Source of the DNA: Mustelus asterias
Taxonomy: Eukaryota
Assembly (NCBI RefSeq): GCF_964213995.1
Contig: NC_135803.1
Coordinates: forward strand, 10,044,001 to 10,108,000
Length of the DNA: 64,000 nucleotides
Reading direction: 5' to 3'
Part shown: piece by piece, positions 24,208 to 36,551 of the stretch
Numbering within the stretch: the stretch's first letter is position 1
Layout: each line of letters starts with the position of its first letter
Notes under the pieces: generated by a model
Databases searched by the model: none
What the model was told of the DNA's origin: nothing
The model's input: the letters and a program-made list of their open reading frames with translations, nothing else
Position numbers and translations under genes: made by a program

Positions 24208-25043
24208 GTCATGATGTGGAGATGCCGGCGTTGGACTGGGGTAAACACAGTAAGAAGTTTAACAACACCAGGTTAAAATCCAACAGGTTTATTTGGTAGC
24301 AAATGCCACTAGCATTCGGAGCGCTGCCCCTTCGTCAGGTGGAGTGGAGATCAGCTCACAAACAGGGCAGACAGAGACACAAACTCAATTTACAGAATAA
24401 TGGTTGGAATGCAGTCTTTACAGATAATCAAGTCTTAAAGGTACAAATAATGTGAGTGGAGAGAGCATTAAGAACAGGTTAAAGAGATGTGTATTGTCTC
24501 CAGACAGGACAGCCAGTGAGATTCTGCAAGTCCCGACAAGCTGTGGGGGTTACAGATAGTGTGACATGAACCCAAGATCCCGGTTGAGGCCGTCCTCATG
24601 TGTGCGGAACTTGGCTATCAGTCTCTGCTCAGTGACTCTGCGCTGTCGCTGAGCAGAAACTGATAGCCAAGTTCTGCACACATGAGGACGGCCTCAACCG
24701 GGATCTTGGGTTCATGTCACACTATCTGTAACCCCCACAGCTTGCCTGGGCTTGCAAAATCTCACTAACTGTCCTGTCTGGAGACAATACACATTTCTTT
24801 AACCTGTGCTTAATGCTCTCTCCACTCATTATTTTTACCTTTAAGACTTGATTATCTGTAAAGATTGCATTCCAATCATTATTCTGTAAATTGAGTTTGT
24901 GTCTCAGTCTGCCCTGTTTGTGAGCAGATCTCTACTCCACCTGACGAAGGGGCAGCGCTGAGAAAGCTAGTGGCATTTGCTACCAAATAAATCTGTTGGG
25001 CTTTAACCTGGTGTTGTTAAACTTCTTACTGCGTTTACCCCAG
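24208..25043. mobile_element. Penelope-like element, long hairpin form, gene B intron 4
   Basis: Imperfect inverted arms of about 400 bp around an 8-nt loop (24637-24644). 24648-24731 encodes AEQKLIAKFCTHEDGLNRDLGFMSHYL*, like a GIY-YIG C-terminus. CCCAGATAA is duplicated at the flanks, and gene A has the empty site at about 6505. Confidence 0.85.
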
Positions 25044-26115
25044 ATAATGCAGGGGAAGTTGAAACGCCCCACTATCATTAACCTGTTACTTTCAGTCACC
25101 TCTGAAATGTGCCTACACCTCTACCCTTATATTCCTCTCGGATTGTTAGGGGGCTATAGAACATACCCTGCAGTGTGCTTGCGCGTTTCTGGTTGTTATG
25201 TTCGACCCGTATGGTTTCATTAGAAGAGCCTTCTAAGATGTTGTCCCTCACAACTGCTGTTCTTGATTCCCTGATCAAAGTTCAGACACCACCCCCCCCC
25301 CCCGCCCCCCCCCCCCCACCCCCCGACTTTAACCTTCTCCCCTGTCTCGCTTGAAAATCCGATAGCCAGGAATATTGCGCTGCCAATCCTGCTGCTGTTT
25401 CAACCGTCACTCAGCAATGATATTAAACGTCCATGATTTCGTTTGTACCCTCAACTCACCTGCCTTGCTCGTCAGACTCCTTTCTTTAAAATAAATATCA
25501 TCCAATCTTGCCAAACTCGCCTGTGCCTTAACTGGCCTATAACTTCGATACATCACTTGCTGCCTCCTCTAATTTTGGCTCTGCATGACCACAGCTGAAT
25601 CTCGTCTCAGAACTCCACTCCCAAGCCAAGTTAGTTCAAATCCTTCCCAACAGCACCAGCAAACTTCATTGGTCTCAAATCATCACAGTAGATGTCACAC
25701 GTGCCAGCTAGTTGACTTACTGGAAAACAGCTAAGTGTTGTCATGATATCGCCCTGAGTAAATTCAGAATTGACCATATAATTCACAGACTTAAATTTAG
25801 AAGCACTTATACAGACTAACCTGGGTGTTTGGCGTAATAATTTCACACGAATAAATTGTTAAAGTTATTGATGATACCATTCAGCACTGGAACTGAAATT
25901 CCCTAATGCATTCCCCGAAACATCACCCTCCTAGAGTATATTTCAAATTTTGATACAGGTTTAACCCTCTAAACAATATTCTGCTCAAATGGGCTAATTT
26001 GTGTATTCATGCTTGTCTGGAATTTCAAGACAATTTCATTCAGGAAGGTGCATGGCTTATATGTTCCATTTCAACCATTCCATTTGCCGCACCTGTGTGT
26101 CCTTAGCGTCCCTAC

Positions 26116-26343
26116 CGTAATCTGACCTCCATTCCATACAATTGCTTCGTCCTTTATCACGAATTCCTGGCCTGGGGGAGCTGATCCGTCATAGACTCCA
26201 ACACCTACAATATCCACCCCGCCAGCGGAATTGGGCTGCCAGTTTACGATATCATATGTGGCCACCGGGTCTCCATTTTCATCAAAATAGATATTTTCAC
26301 CGATCTTGGTAGTGAAATTGACTGTTTTCATATAATGCAGAAG
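26116..26343 (-). CDS. V2R/OlfC gene B, exon 4
   Basis: 228 bp encoding [10 protein letters not shown]...WNGGQIT. Confidence 0.95.
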
Positions 26344-26489
26344 CTTTGAAATAGAATCAAGAATGTAGAATTCAACAATATTTTGTTTGGAAGAAACGTG
26401 AGACATTTAATATCACTTTTATTTCCGATAAGAACTTAAACAGTTTATAGATATAATAATTTTTAATTATCCAATGGTTTAAAAATTAC

Positions 26490-26800
26490 GGGTGGCATGG
26501 TGGCACAGTGGCGAGCACTGCTGCCTCACAGCGCCAAGGACCTGGGTTGGATCCCCGGTTTGGGTCACTGTCTGTGTGGAGTCTGCACGTTCTCCCCGTG
26601 TCTGCGTGGATTTCCTCCGGGTGCTCTGGTTTCCTCCCACAGTCCGAAAGGTGTGCTGGTTAGGTGCATTGGCCATGCTAAATTCAACCTCAATATATTC
26701 GAACAGGCGCCGGAGTGTGGCAACTAGGAGGTTTTCACAGTAAGTTCCCTTAAATTTACTGCAATGTTGAGTAAGCCAATTTCTGACACTAATAAATAGA
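26490..26800 (+). mobile_element. V-SINE type B in gene B intron 3
   Basis: Flanked by a duplicated TTAAAAATT. Same insertion as gene A 4866-5163. Confidence 0.87.
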
Positions 26801-26840
26801 CGTAAAAACTAAACCTAAACTTAAAAATTGACTTCCTTAC

Positions 26841-27674
26841 CTGCCAGGGTTGAAAACTTGAAATATTTGCACAATCCTTTTGGGGAAATGGTCCGTTGCC
26901 ATTTTCACACGACAGCATATTGTGAAGAGCGTGGGCTATTGCGTACGTAGCTTTATAGACATTGTAAGTAACTCTGTACTGCGAAACATCAGTAAATTCA
27001 TTGTGTACTGTTTGTAAATCCTCTCCTCCGGTGCATTCTTTAAACAAGGCAGGTTGCACTTGATCTGTTTTGTTCGCTGTACTCATCAGCGTACAGCCAA
27101 AGGTTGATTCCCAAAACTCCTTCACTAAAAGGTTGCCTGGATACAGTGCAGGATGGACATCCATGAGAAATTCTCTCAGTCCTGGTATATCGACCTGGCG
27201 AATTGCGACTCCGAGTGTGCCAGAGACAAATCGTCTGCTTTCTTCCTGAGGTAGAAATTGCGTGGATACCCAAGCCTCGCTTCCTATCCATTGCACACCC
27301 GTCACGTTCTGTCGTACAATCTCATTCAGTAAAACTGTCATCTCCGCAGGCGCAACGAACGCCACAACTATTTTAGTGGAAGATTTCTTTACAGCATCTA
27401 CGATTCTCAGTAACTTGTCTCTGGGGTCTGTTCTGTGAATGGATTCGGAGAAAGCAATGCAAACACCTAATTGTTGGACAGCTTCGGTGAAAGCTTGCAT
27501 CCCAAAATTACCGTAATCATCGTTGTTTTTGATCGTCCCGATCCATGTCCAGCCAAAGCGCTTTACGAGTTGGGCTAAGGCTCTGGCCTGGAAATAGTCG
27601 CTTGGTATGGTTCTGAAAAATGATGGGTATTTCTTCCTGTTACTCAGGCATGCGCAGGTGGAAAAGTAGCTGAC
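26841..27674 (-). CDS. V2R/OlfC gene B, exon 3
   Basis: 834 bp open, AG/GT boundaries, same motifs as gene A. Confidence 0.96.
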
Positions 27675-29282
27675 CTGTGGAGAATTCAAATGGAAGCATG
27701 TTAAATTTCACTCTGAGGACAATGATAATTCCAGTTATCTGCAACACACTCCGCCCCGCCTGCCATCTTCATTCACTTCCAGAACAGTATTCAACCGCGA
27801 GAAGGGATGAGTTTACGGAAACCCTGATGAAAAAGTTGCAGATATCCTTAATAAAGGGTTAAAACTGTCACCGTTTCCTCTTCTGCAAGAAACTGCTGCG
27901 TGAGCCCAGCATTTTCGGCTCTACATTTCCAGTCTTTGCAGAAAGTTCAGAGGATATTTACTGGAAAGATATCAGAGACTGGGGGCGTCAGTCAAGTGGA
28001 TAATATAGATAGCAAGAAACAGTATTCCGCATAGTAGAGCAAATAATTTGATATCTACACGAATGGAAAAATAGAAGGGAAAATGCGGGAGAGTTGCATT
28101 AAATGATTCGATCCTCCAATAAGGCTGCACGTGCAGAATGGATTGAATAAACTCTTTCTGTGCGAATGATTCTAATGTAATTTGACAGCGTGAATTTAAC
28201 TAATGCACAAGGCAAGTCTCACGGCAGATTACATTCAAGGTAATAAGTTTTCTATTGAAGTTCTTCAGCAAATTTAATTAGCAAGATTCCTAATGTGAAC
28301 CGACAGTGCAAGAGAACCAGATGACGCTCAGCTGTTACCTATAGGGTAGAGCGGATTAAATGCGACAATAAAACATCTGCAAAGCAGATGAATATTATAC
28401 AAAGGGCGCGGGTGGTAGACTGGTCGGAGAACCCGGAAGAAGATAGTGAGTAACAGAGCAATTTAGTTCTGAGGAGAAAGTAATATCGGATCACTTCATG
28501 GTTTGTGTGAATTCAGGACCGGTCGTCATGCTCCCCCCTCCTCCTCCCACCACCCCCATTTATGTTTAATATTCATTCAGATATAAAAGGAGAACCGGAA
28601 TAGCAATGCTGACACAAATCGTTAAAAATATCCTTAAATGTGAGAAATCATTCCTTGACAAAAGAGTACATAGGGGTTCACCGCACAAAGAGAGGCCATT
28701 CGGCCTCACAGACATATGCAGCTTTACTGCTCCAGACAAGCCTCTTTCCACGCTGCATGGGGTTACACATACCGTACGGCGCAGAAACAGGCTGTTCGAC
28801 CCAACTAGTCCATGCTGGCCTTCATGCTTCACTCGCACATTACCTCAGCTTTTCTCATCTGAAGCAAGCTTTGTAACCGTCTATTCACTTCTCTCACAGA
28901 TGTTATTCTCGATTCCCACTAAATGCGTCTGTATTATTTGCTTTAACTTGCGTTCGCAGCAAGTTCCCCAATCTCACCACTCATTGGGTAAAGACGTTAC
29001 TTCTGAATTACCTATAGGCTTTCTTGGCGACTATCTTTTATCGATGGTGTCTAGTTACGTCCTCCTGTTAAGAGGAAATATGTATTCACTCCATTAAAAC
29101 CTTTCAGAATTTTAAATATCTCAAATAGTCCCACTCCCATCCCCCCTTTTTCAGCTCGCCTCATCCACAAGTAACGTATTCCTTTTCTGCCTATGTACTT
29201 ATCCAACTCTCCTTAAGTGCATTTCTGATATCGCCTCAAATAATCCAGACGGTAGTAAATACTATCTACTCGCCGCTACTTA

Positions 29283-30245
29283 GTCATAGAGCCATAGAAG
29301 TTTACAGCATGGAAACAGGCCCTTTGGCCCAACTTGTCCATGTCGCCCCCTTTTTTAACCCTTAAGGTAGTCCCAATTGCCCGCGTTTCGCCCATATCCC
29401 TCTATCCCCATCTTACCCATATAACAGTCTAAATGCTTTTTAAAAGACAAAATTGTACCCGCCTCTACTAGTACCTCTGGCAGCTAGTTCCAGACACTCA
29501 CCACCCTCTGTGTGAAACAAATTACCCTCTGGATCCTCTTATATCTCTCCCCTCTCACCTTAAACTTATGCCCTCTAGTTTCAGCCTCCACTACCTTTGG
29601 GAAAATATATTGACTATCTACCTTATCTATGCCCCTCATTATTTTATAGACCTCTGCAAGATCACCCCTAAGCCTCCTATGCTCCAGAGAAAAAAGTCTC
29701 CCCTTGTAACTCAGACCATTAAGTCCTGGTAGCATCCGAGTAAATCTTTTCTGCACTCTTTCTAGTTTAATAACATCCTTTCTACAATAGTGTGACCAGA
29801 ACTGTACACATTAACTGAGTAAGTCTTGCCCTGGTTCGATCGACAAAATGCATCACCTCGCATTTTTTTAAATTAAATTCCATCTGCCAGTCGTCAGCCC
29901 ACTGGCCCAATTGATCAAGATCTCGTTGCAATCCTAGATAATCTTCTTCATTGTCCTCTGTGCCACCAATCTTGGTGTCATCTGCACACTTACTAACCAT
30001 GCCGCCTCAATTCTCATCCAAATCATTAATATAAATGGCAAATAACAGTGGACCCAGCACCGATCCCTCAGGCACACTGCTGGCCACAGGCCTCCAGTTT
30101 GAAAAACAACCCTCTAAAACCACCCTCTGTCCTCTTTCATCAAGCCAATTTTGTATCCATTTGACTACCTCACCCTGGATCCCGAGAGAATTAACCTTAT
30201 GCAACAACCTACCATGTGGTACCTTGTCAAAGGCCTTGCTAAAGT
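29283..30245 (-). mobile_element. CR1 LINE fragment specific to gene B intron 2
   Basis: [27 protein letters not shown]. Not present in the homologous gene A intron at about 2340. Confidence 0.9.
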
Positions 30246-30757
30246 GGAAAAAAGACTTCAGCCGAAATTCCTTACTATAATCATTAGTGAACATTTTATT
30301 TTTTCCACTAGTTGTGAATAACTAAACAAGTGGAGACATCTCTCTGGCTATCTTAACGGAAAACTTCATAATCTTAAAAACCTCCATCGGAGTATCAGGG
30401 AAACTGTCAGCCTTATCTTATCTTGCTCCAGTCTTTCTTGATAAGTTATCAAGCTATAATTAAATTTCTTCATTATAGTTAGCAGGTCAAATATATTTGT
30501 CTGTTTTTTTTGCATATAATCACCATTTAACACAACGTTGATTTGCCATCAACATTACTGCACCCCATTGCAGTTATTAGCAATGTTAGTTAGCACTTAA
30601 ATATATTTATATCAAGATATAGTCCCCATGGCATTTTTGTGGAATAATGAACATTAGAGTCTAATAATCCAACAATAAATGGTAGTAACCTATTACTTTA
30701 AATGTAACTGTGATTTCTGCACTTTGAGCTAGGAACATTGATGAATATATATCTTAC

Positions 30758-31049
30758 CATAGGGATCCTGAATGGACCGATTAACGTGGCCATTGCTACA
30801 GATTGTGAAGATCCAGAGTCGCCGACAATGGCAGAGACGGTAGATGACTTTTTGCAAGCTAAATTGGAAGACGGGTCTTCACCTTTGTTGAGAAATTCAA
30901 ATGTTGATTTCAAAGTTAAAAGCGGCATAGTGCAAGTATCGTAAATCCGGTAGCCCAATGTAACATTAGGAAGCAGACGTGGGTTCTTGTTGATTTCTTC
31001 AATGGCGAAAACCATGGTAAGCACGAAACGAAAAACTCTGTACCAAAAG
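30758..31049 (-). CDS. V2R/OlfC gene B, exon 2
   Basis: 292 bp with AG/GT boundaries. 4 aa differences from gene A exon 2. Confidence 0.95.
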
Positions 31050-31654
31050 CTGTAGAAAATATATTTTTGTTTCGGTAAAATAAATACAGATTTTAAAACA
31101 AATTTCACACAAATAACATTGAAATGAAGTTATTTTCAAATAGGGGCAGTAACTGGCCGAAATCATATTGTTTTATGAGCGAATCGTTTTGTTTCTGAGG
31201 CAGTTGGCGGGATGTTTTGGCTGCGCTCACCCTCTAACCGGGAAATCCCGCCCGAGGTCAACGGACCTTTCCTTGGTCCGCCCCATTTCCCATTTCCATT
31301 CCCAATTCCAACCGGGAAATTCGTCCCATTTTATTCAAAAACTTAATTATTGCTCTTAAAGCTGATCAAATCAAATGCCAACAAGTGAAGAAACAATTCA
31401 GCATATTGCATATCTTCGCCATGATGCTTACCTCAACGTTGATACAATTACGTGCCACTTCGTTTTGGCTTTTCCCTCCCCGCTTGAAGTTTTATAACCA
31501 CAAAACTGAGCAAAAACCTTTTATTAAGAGCTTCCATCTCACTGGGAATTCCAATCCACATTCACAACCTGCTCTGAAAATTCTGCTCACATTGGGACAG
31601 CTGTGACAAATAAGCAGTTAAGACAATCCACAAAATTCGAAAACAATCAACAAC

Positions 31655-31955
31655 ATTAGGTGAACATTGCTGCTTCACAGCACCAGGAACCTGGGTTCGA
31701 TTCCCGGCTTGGGTCACTGTGCAGAGTATGCATGTTCTCCCTGTCTTTGTGGGTTTCCTGCTGGTGCTCCCTTGTCCGTGCACAGTGGGAACGACGTTCT
31801 GGTTAGGTGCATTGGCACTTCGCCATGAGGTAAACATCATTGAGGTAAGCATCATTGACGTTCTCCCTCAGTCTACCCGAACAGGCGCTGGAGTGCGGTG
31901 ACAAGGGGATTTCCACAGTGTTAGCGTAAGCCTACCTGTGACAACAATAAATACA
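31655..31955 (+). mobile_element. V-SINE type B
   Basis: Paralogous to 645-935. Confidence 0.8.
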
Positions 31956-33949
31956 CTTTAAAAAAAACAACATTCGAAATAAAGAACCCACGACATTCGA
32001 AGAAAAGCTTAATTCACCATATCTCTCAATGTTAGCCGCTTCTTATTAATAATTGAGGATCCAGATGCGGATCCGCATATTGTCAAGTACTCCTCAACTC
32101 TTCCTATCTGTCCAGCAAGTTTCGTTGAAATTCGTTCATTAGATTTTGAGATTTATTGATCACAACCTCAGAGTCTACCAATCAAAAGTATAAACATTAC
32201 CTCTGCTCATCCTCAGTGGTTGAGGGAAAAATACATTTAAAATGCAATTCCTCAAGTGCAAGTTTCCACATACATTTTTGATGATTAACTGTTTTCCACT
32301 TTTACCTAAGTTGAACTTCCTTGTTAAATCGGCTTTTAGCATGAAAGGATGTGAAATTGCTCCTTTTTTGCGATTAGATAAATGAAATATTGATGGCGCA
32401 ATTCACTGCCAACATTCCACGATTCACGTGTAGTTAGAATCATAGAAACCTACAGAGCAGAAGGAGGCCATTCGGCCCATCGAGAATGCACCGACCACAA
32501 TTCTACCCAGTCCCTATCCCGAAAACCCCATGCACTTACCTTAGCCAGTCGCCTTGCTACTAAGGGACAATTTAGCATGGCCAATCAACCTAATCCGCAC
32601 ATCTTTGGACCTCTTGGAGTTTACGTCCCCGCCCAAATTAATTAAGTGTTTCTGGAAACGCCAAGTATCAATTTTCATATCTGATCTTTGTCTGTTCCAT
32701 TTCTGCTATCTATCGTCTCTTAGGCGCACGATCTCCTGGAATACCAATTACAAGGACAGATCTCTGGCAATACAAGCGCTTCCTGTAGGAGCTACCTGAT
32801 TAGGTCAACTGTACACTGCTCCCATTTCTCGGCGGGTGTTTAATACTTTGCATGACCCACCGCCCACTACTCCATCTCCTATGGGCACCACCCCACACTG
32901 CGGGACACAAGAAGAATACAAATATAGCAGATGATACAATTGGCTAATCTCACTGACATACAACTTTTGGAACTGACGCTAAAACAGAAGCAAAAATCTG
33001 AATGTGTCGCAAATCTGAAATAAAATCGGGAAACGTTGGGCATACTCAGCGAGTCAGGCAGCACCTGCGGAGGACAGAGACGGTTAACTTTTCCGGTTGA
33101 TAGATTTCGTCATGTACAGTTATGATTAAATGTGATCGGTTTGAAATATAACTGCGGATTTAATTGAATTCAGCCTCACTAACACTCTCGGCTCTGACTT
33201 TCTTACTGCCTCGTACTCACTCGCTTTCTTCATTCCCCCGGTCTCTTACCATCCTTCTCGCTTATTTCTCTGTTCTATAAATATTAACATGGCACGGAAG
33301 AATAACTATTCCGTATCCCCTAATTTCAAAAGTGGCTTGATGCAACAAACAACCAAATGCGGACAATTGGGACTAGCTTAGCGGTTTAAAAGAAGGGCGG
33401 CACGGACAAGTTGGGCCGAAGGGCCTCTTTCCATGCTGTAAACCTCTATGACTCTATGAACAAACAAATGGAACTTTCACCTGGGCAATAGTGGTAGAAA
33501 ACAATTCAATTTCCTTGATTTGTGGACAATATTGGGGTAGTGGTAGTGGCGGGAGTGGGGGGCCTGGGGAGGAGGTACAGCTGTCTCAGCTTGCCATGGA
33601 CATTGTCAGTTTTTGACCTGTTGTGTGTGACAGCATTGCTACTTACAAACAGCAGCCTGAAGATTGCTGTTTTCAGAAATTCTAATCGTTGTCACAAAAT
33701 CTTGAAAAGGCATCAGCTGCAGTCGATAATGAATGAGTGATATCAGCCGCAGCGTAAATCCCTGCTTGTTGTATGCTTTCAGTACAAGGACCAACCTGTC
33801 CAGGTATTCTAGTCTGTAACAATCCTGAAAGCCCGAGATGTTTAATTTGAAAAGACGCATCATGACCTCTTTTAGGGCCACTTGAGGGAAATCTGTTAAC
33901 AGACAGCTGTCCATGGATTGAATGAAACATAAGTAATGAAATTCCAACA

Positions 33950-34660
33950 ATTTCGACAATTCGTACGGCTGAGACCTATTTTTCAATTTGTTATCACCCG
34001 TTTGATTGGTAACCCATGCACAAGCATTTGCTCACTCCAGCACCGACGAACAGTGGCAACCGTGTGTACCGTCCACAAGGTGCACAGTAGGAACTCACCC
34101 AGGCTCCTTAGACAGCACCCTCCAGACCCACGACCGTCACTATCTAGGACAAGGGCAGCACATACATGGGAACACCACAACCTGGAAGTTCCCCTCCAAA
34201 TCACTCGCCATCCTGATTTGTTCCTCCACTGTCGCTGACTCAAAATCCTGGAACTCCCTACTTTTTAATTTATCTATTAGTCACAAATAAGGCTGATGAA
34301 GTTATTGTGAAATTCCCCTAGTCGCCACACTCCGGCGCCTGTTCATGTCAATGCAGCTAACCAGCACGTCTTTCAGAATGTGGCGGGAAACGGGAGCACT
34401 CGGAGTAAACCCACACAGACACGGGGAGAACATACAAATTCCACACAGACAGTGGCCCAAACCGAGAATCGAACCCAGGTCCCTGACGATGTGAGGCAGC
34501 AGTGCGTACCACTGTGCCACCGTGCCGCCCCGAGAACCACTCCTTAACAGCACTGTGGGTGCACGGACACCACATGGCCTGCGTTGCTTCAGGAAGGCAG
34601 CTCCCACCACCATCTCAAGAGAACATTCCATGAATGAATGACAAAAAGAACCTCCGAAGC
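33950..34660 (+). mobile_element. LINE 3' fragment (CR1-group), split by a type B SINE (34262-34530, minus)
   Basis: SLQHRRTVATVCTVHKVHSRNSPRLLRQH reading. The same family occurs on the minus strand at about 38865-39500. Confidence 0.65.
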
Positions 34661-35074
34661 AATCACGTTTACCACTTGAACACAAATTGTTTTAGTGAGC
34701 CCAGTTTACTGTGCTTCTGTAAATTCAGATTTTAACTCTGCAAATGCTTTCATTTTGAATAAGTTAAAATCTATCTATGTTTCAGTTCAACCTCAATAAC
34801 AGTTGGTCGAGCGAATTGCCATTGACCCGTTTTGAAATTTACATGAATGTCACGAGCTATATGCAATATAAATCTCAAAACTAAAAACGCATTATCCCGG
34901 CATCAATGACTATTCCGCAGAATAACACACGTCATCTACAGCTTATCTAATGACAGATCGAACGTTCAAAATCACCGCGCGGTAGTGGAGACTGAGATTG
35001 CACAAAAAGTTATTTCATTAGAACAGGCATTTGCAACGCTGGAAGTGTGGAACACAATACAAGCTCCTACTGAC

Positions 35075-35298
35075 TTTTTGCATTTTACCGCTTTAGGTTT
35101 ACTTTGAAAGGAACGATCCAGGCGATCGACATTAGTGTGTACACTGAAAACTCCGCCAATAGCTATGTCACCTTCCTTTGATAGGCCAATCAAGCCGTCA
35201 GTTCCCCATTGTTTGCAGGTTGGTTCAGTCTTCAACAGCACAGAGTTAAGAAGGGATAACGGTAAAAATAACGGCAAAATGTAATACATCATTAGCAT
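35075..35298 (-). CDS. V2R/OlfC gene B, exon 1 (signal peptide)
   Basis: MLMMYYILPLFLPLSLLNSVLL hydrophobic leader, then CKQWG...GDIAIGGVFSVH...C. Donor AA|GTCAGT, 224 bp, phase matches exon 2. Confidence 0.93.
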
Positions 35299-35336
35299 TC
35301 AAAGTAACTCTATTTTTCATAGACCGACTTAATGTG

Positions 35337-35344
35337 CTTATATA
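35337..35344 (-). promoter_or_regulatory. Possible TATA box of gene B
   Basis: TATATAAG on the minus strand about 40 nt upstream of the ATG. Motif match only. Confidence 0.3.
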
Positions 35345-35847
35345 TTGTTCCGTGCAATAAAAATCTTCTCACTACTATAAATAGATCTGTCACGACACTC
35401 AAACAAGCTCCCAAATGGGAGCAAATAATATCTTCAATTCGCCTCGGGTGCAGAAACAGAATGTAAGCGGAACAAATTATAATGATCCCCTTCTCTCGCC
35501 ATGAAGTCACAAGTAAAAGTTTTGTTGATGTTTTTCCATTCTAACTCCGCAGACTAAAATGTGTAATCCTTGTGTACAGGCAGAGAGCTACAAACACCTT
35601 TGCTGTCACATGAGTAACTTTATAGCAAACTGTACTTCTTTAACTACTCACTCTTTCGCCAAAGACTAGCAGAATCAAAACATCTCACTCTGGAAAAAGA
35701 TGCATCATTGTGCCCAAGTATAAATACAGGCCTAGGAATATAAATATAAATGCTCCAAAAGTCTGGACTTGTGACTTACTTTTCATTATAGAAATGGAAG
35801 TGTAATTGGGAACTGTTTTTTCTGAGTTGAAAAGGCAGGTTTACATC

Positions 35848-36105
35848 GAGAATCATAGAATTCATACAGTGCAGAAGGAGGCCATTTCGCCCATCGAGTC
35901 TGCACCGACTCTCCAACAGAGTATCTTACTCAGGTCCACCCCTGCACTATCCTTGTAACCCCACGTATTTTCCCCACTAATCCCCCTAACCTACACATCT
36001 TTGTGACTCTAATGGACAACTTACCATGGCCAATCCATATAACCCGCGCATCTTTGGACTGTGGGAGGAAACCGGAGCACCCGGAGGAAGCCCACGCAGA
36101 CACAG
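35848..36105 (-). mobile_element. HE1-like SINE, partial
   Basis: Tail A and V-domain, about 550 bp upstream of the gene B ATG. Confidence 0.8.
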
Positions 36106-36551
36106 ACTAATTTCATCTTCTTTCTTTATAAAATCAGCACTGGCTTATTATTCAACTGGCAGTTTTATTAAAAAAACTAAATCTAATGAATCTTCATTGT
36201 TGTCACAAAAGCTAATGTTTGAATAAATTAATAAATAATTGACCCCCACCGTTTTACCATAAATAATCCACTCCATCATCTCACCCCCTCATCCAGGCCA
36301 CGCCTCATGCATTCCCGTCATCTTCTCATGCCATCCCATTCCACTCTTTTCATCCCTCCCTTGTCATCCTCGTCCCACTCTTACCATCCACATTCCTCAT
36401 TCTGTGGGCAACATGATGACACCCTGGTTCACACTGTTGCCTCATAGTGCCAAGGACCTGGGTTCAACCCCGTCCTTGGGTGACTGTCTGTGTGGAGTCT
36501 GTATGTTCGCCCTGTGTCTGCATGGGTTTCCTCCGTGTTCTTTACTCCCTC

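Noticed and set aside
22421-25043. Repeat-spacer-repeat structure as a CRISPR-like array
   Set aside because: The repeats are inverted and there is one spacer. No cas genes are present, the context is eukaryotic, and Penelope-like insertion explains it.
35407-35422. Palindrome GCTCCCA-AA-TGGGAGC upstream of gene B as an O/E (EBF) site
   Set aside because: The spacing is TCCC-N4-GGGA rather than the N2 consensus, and the paralogous promoter is outside the window, so it cannot be corroborated.
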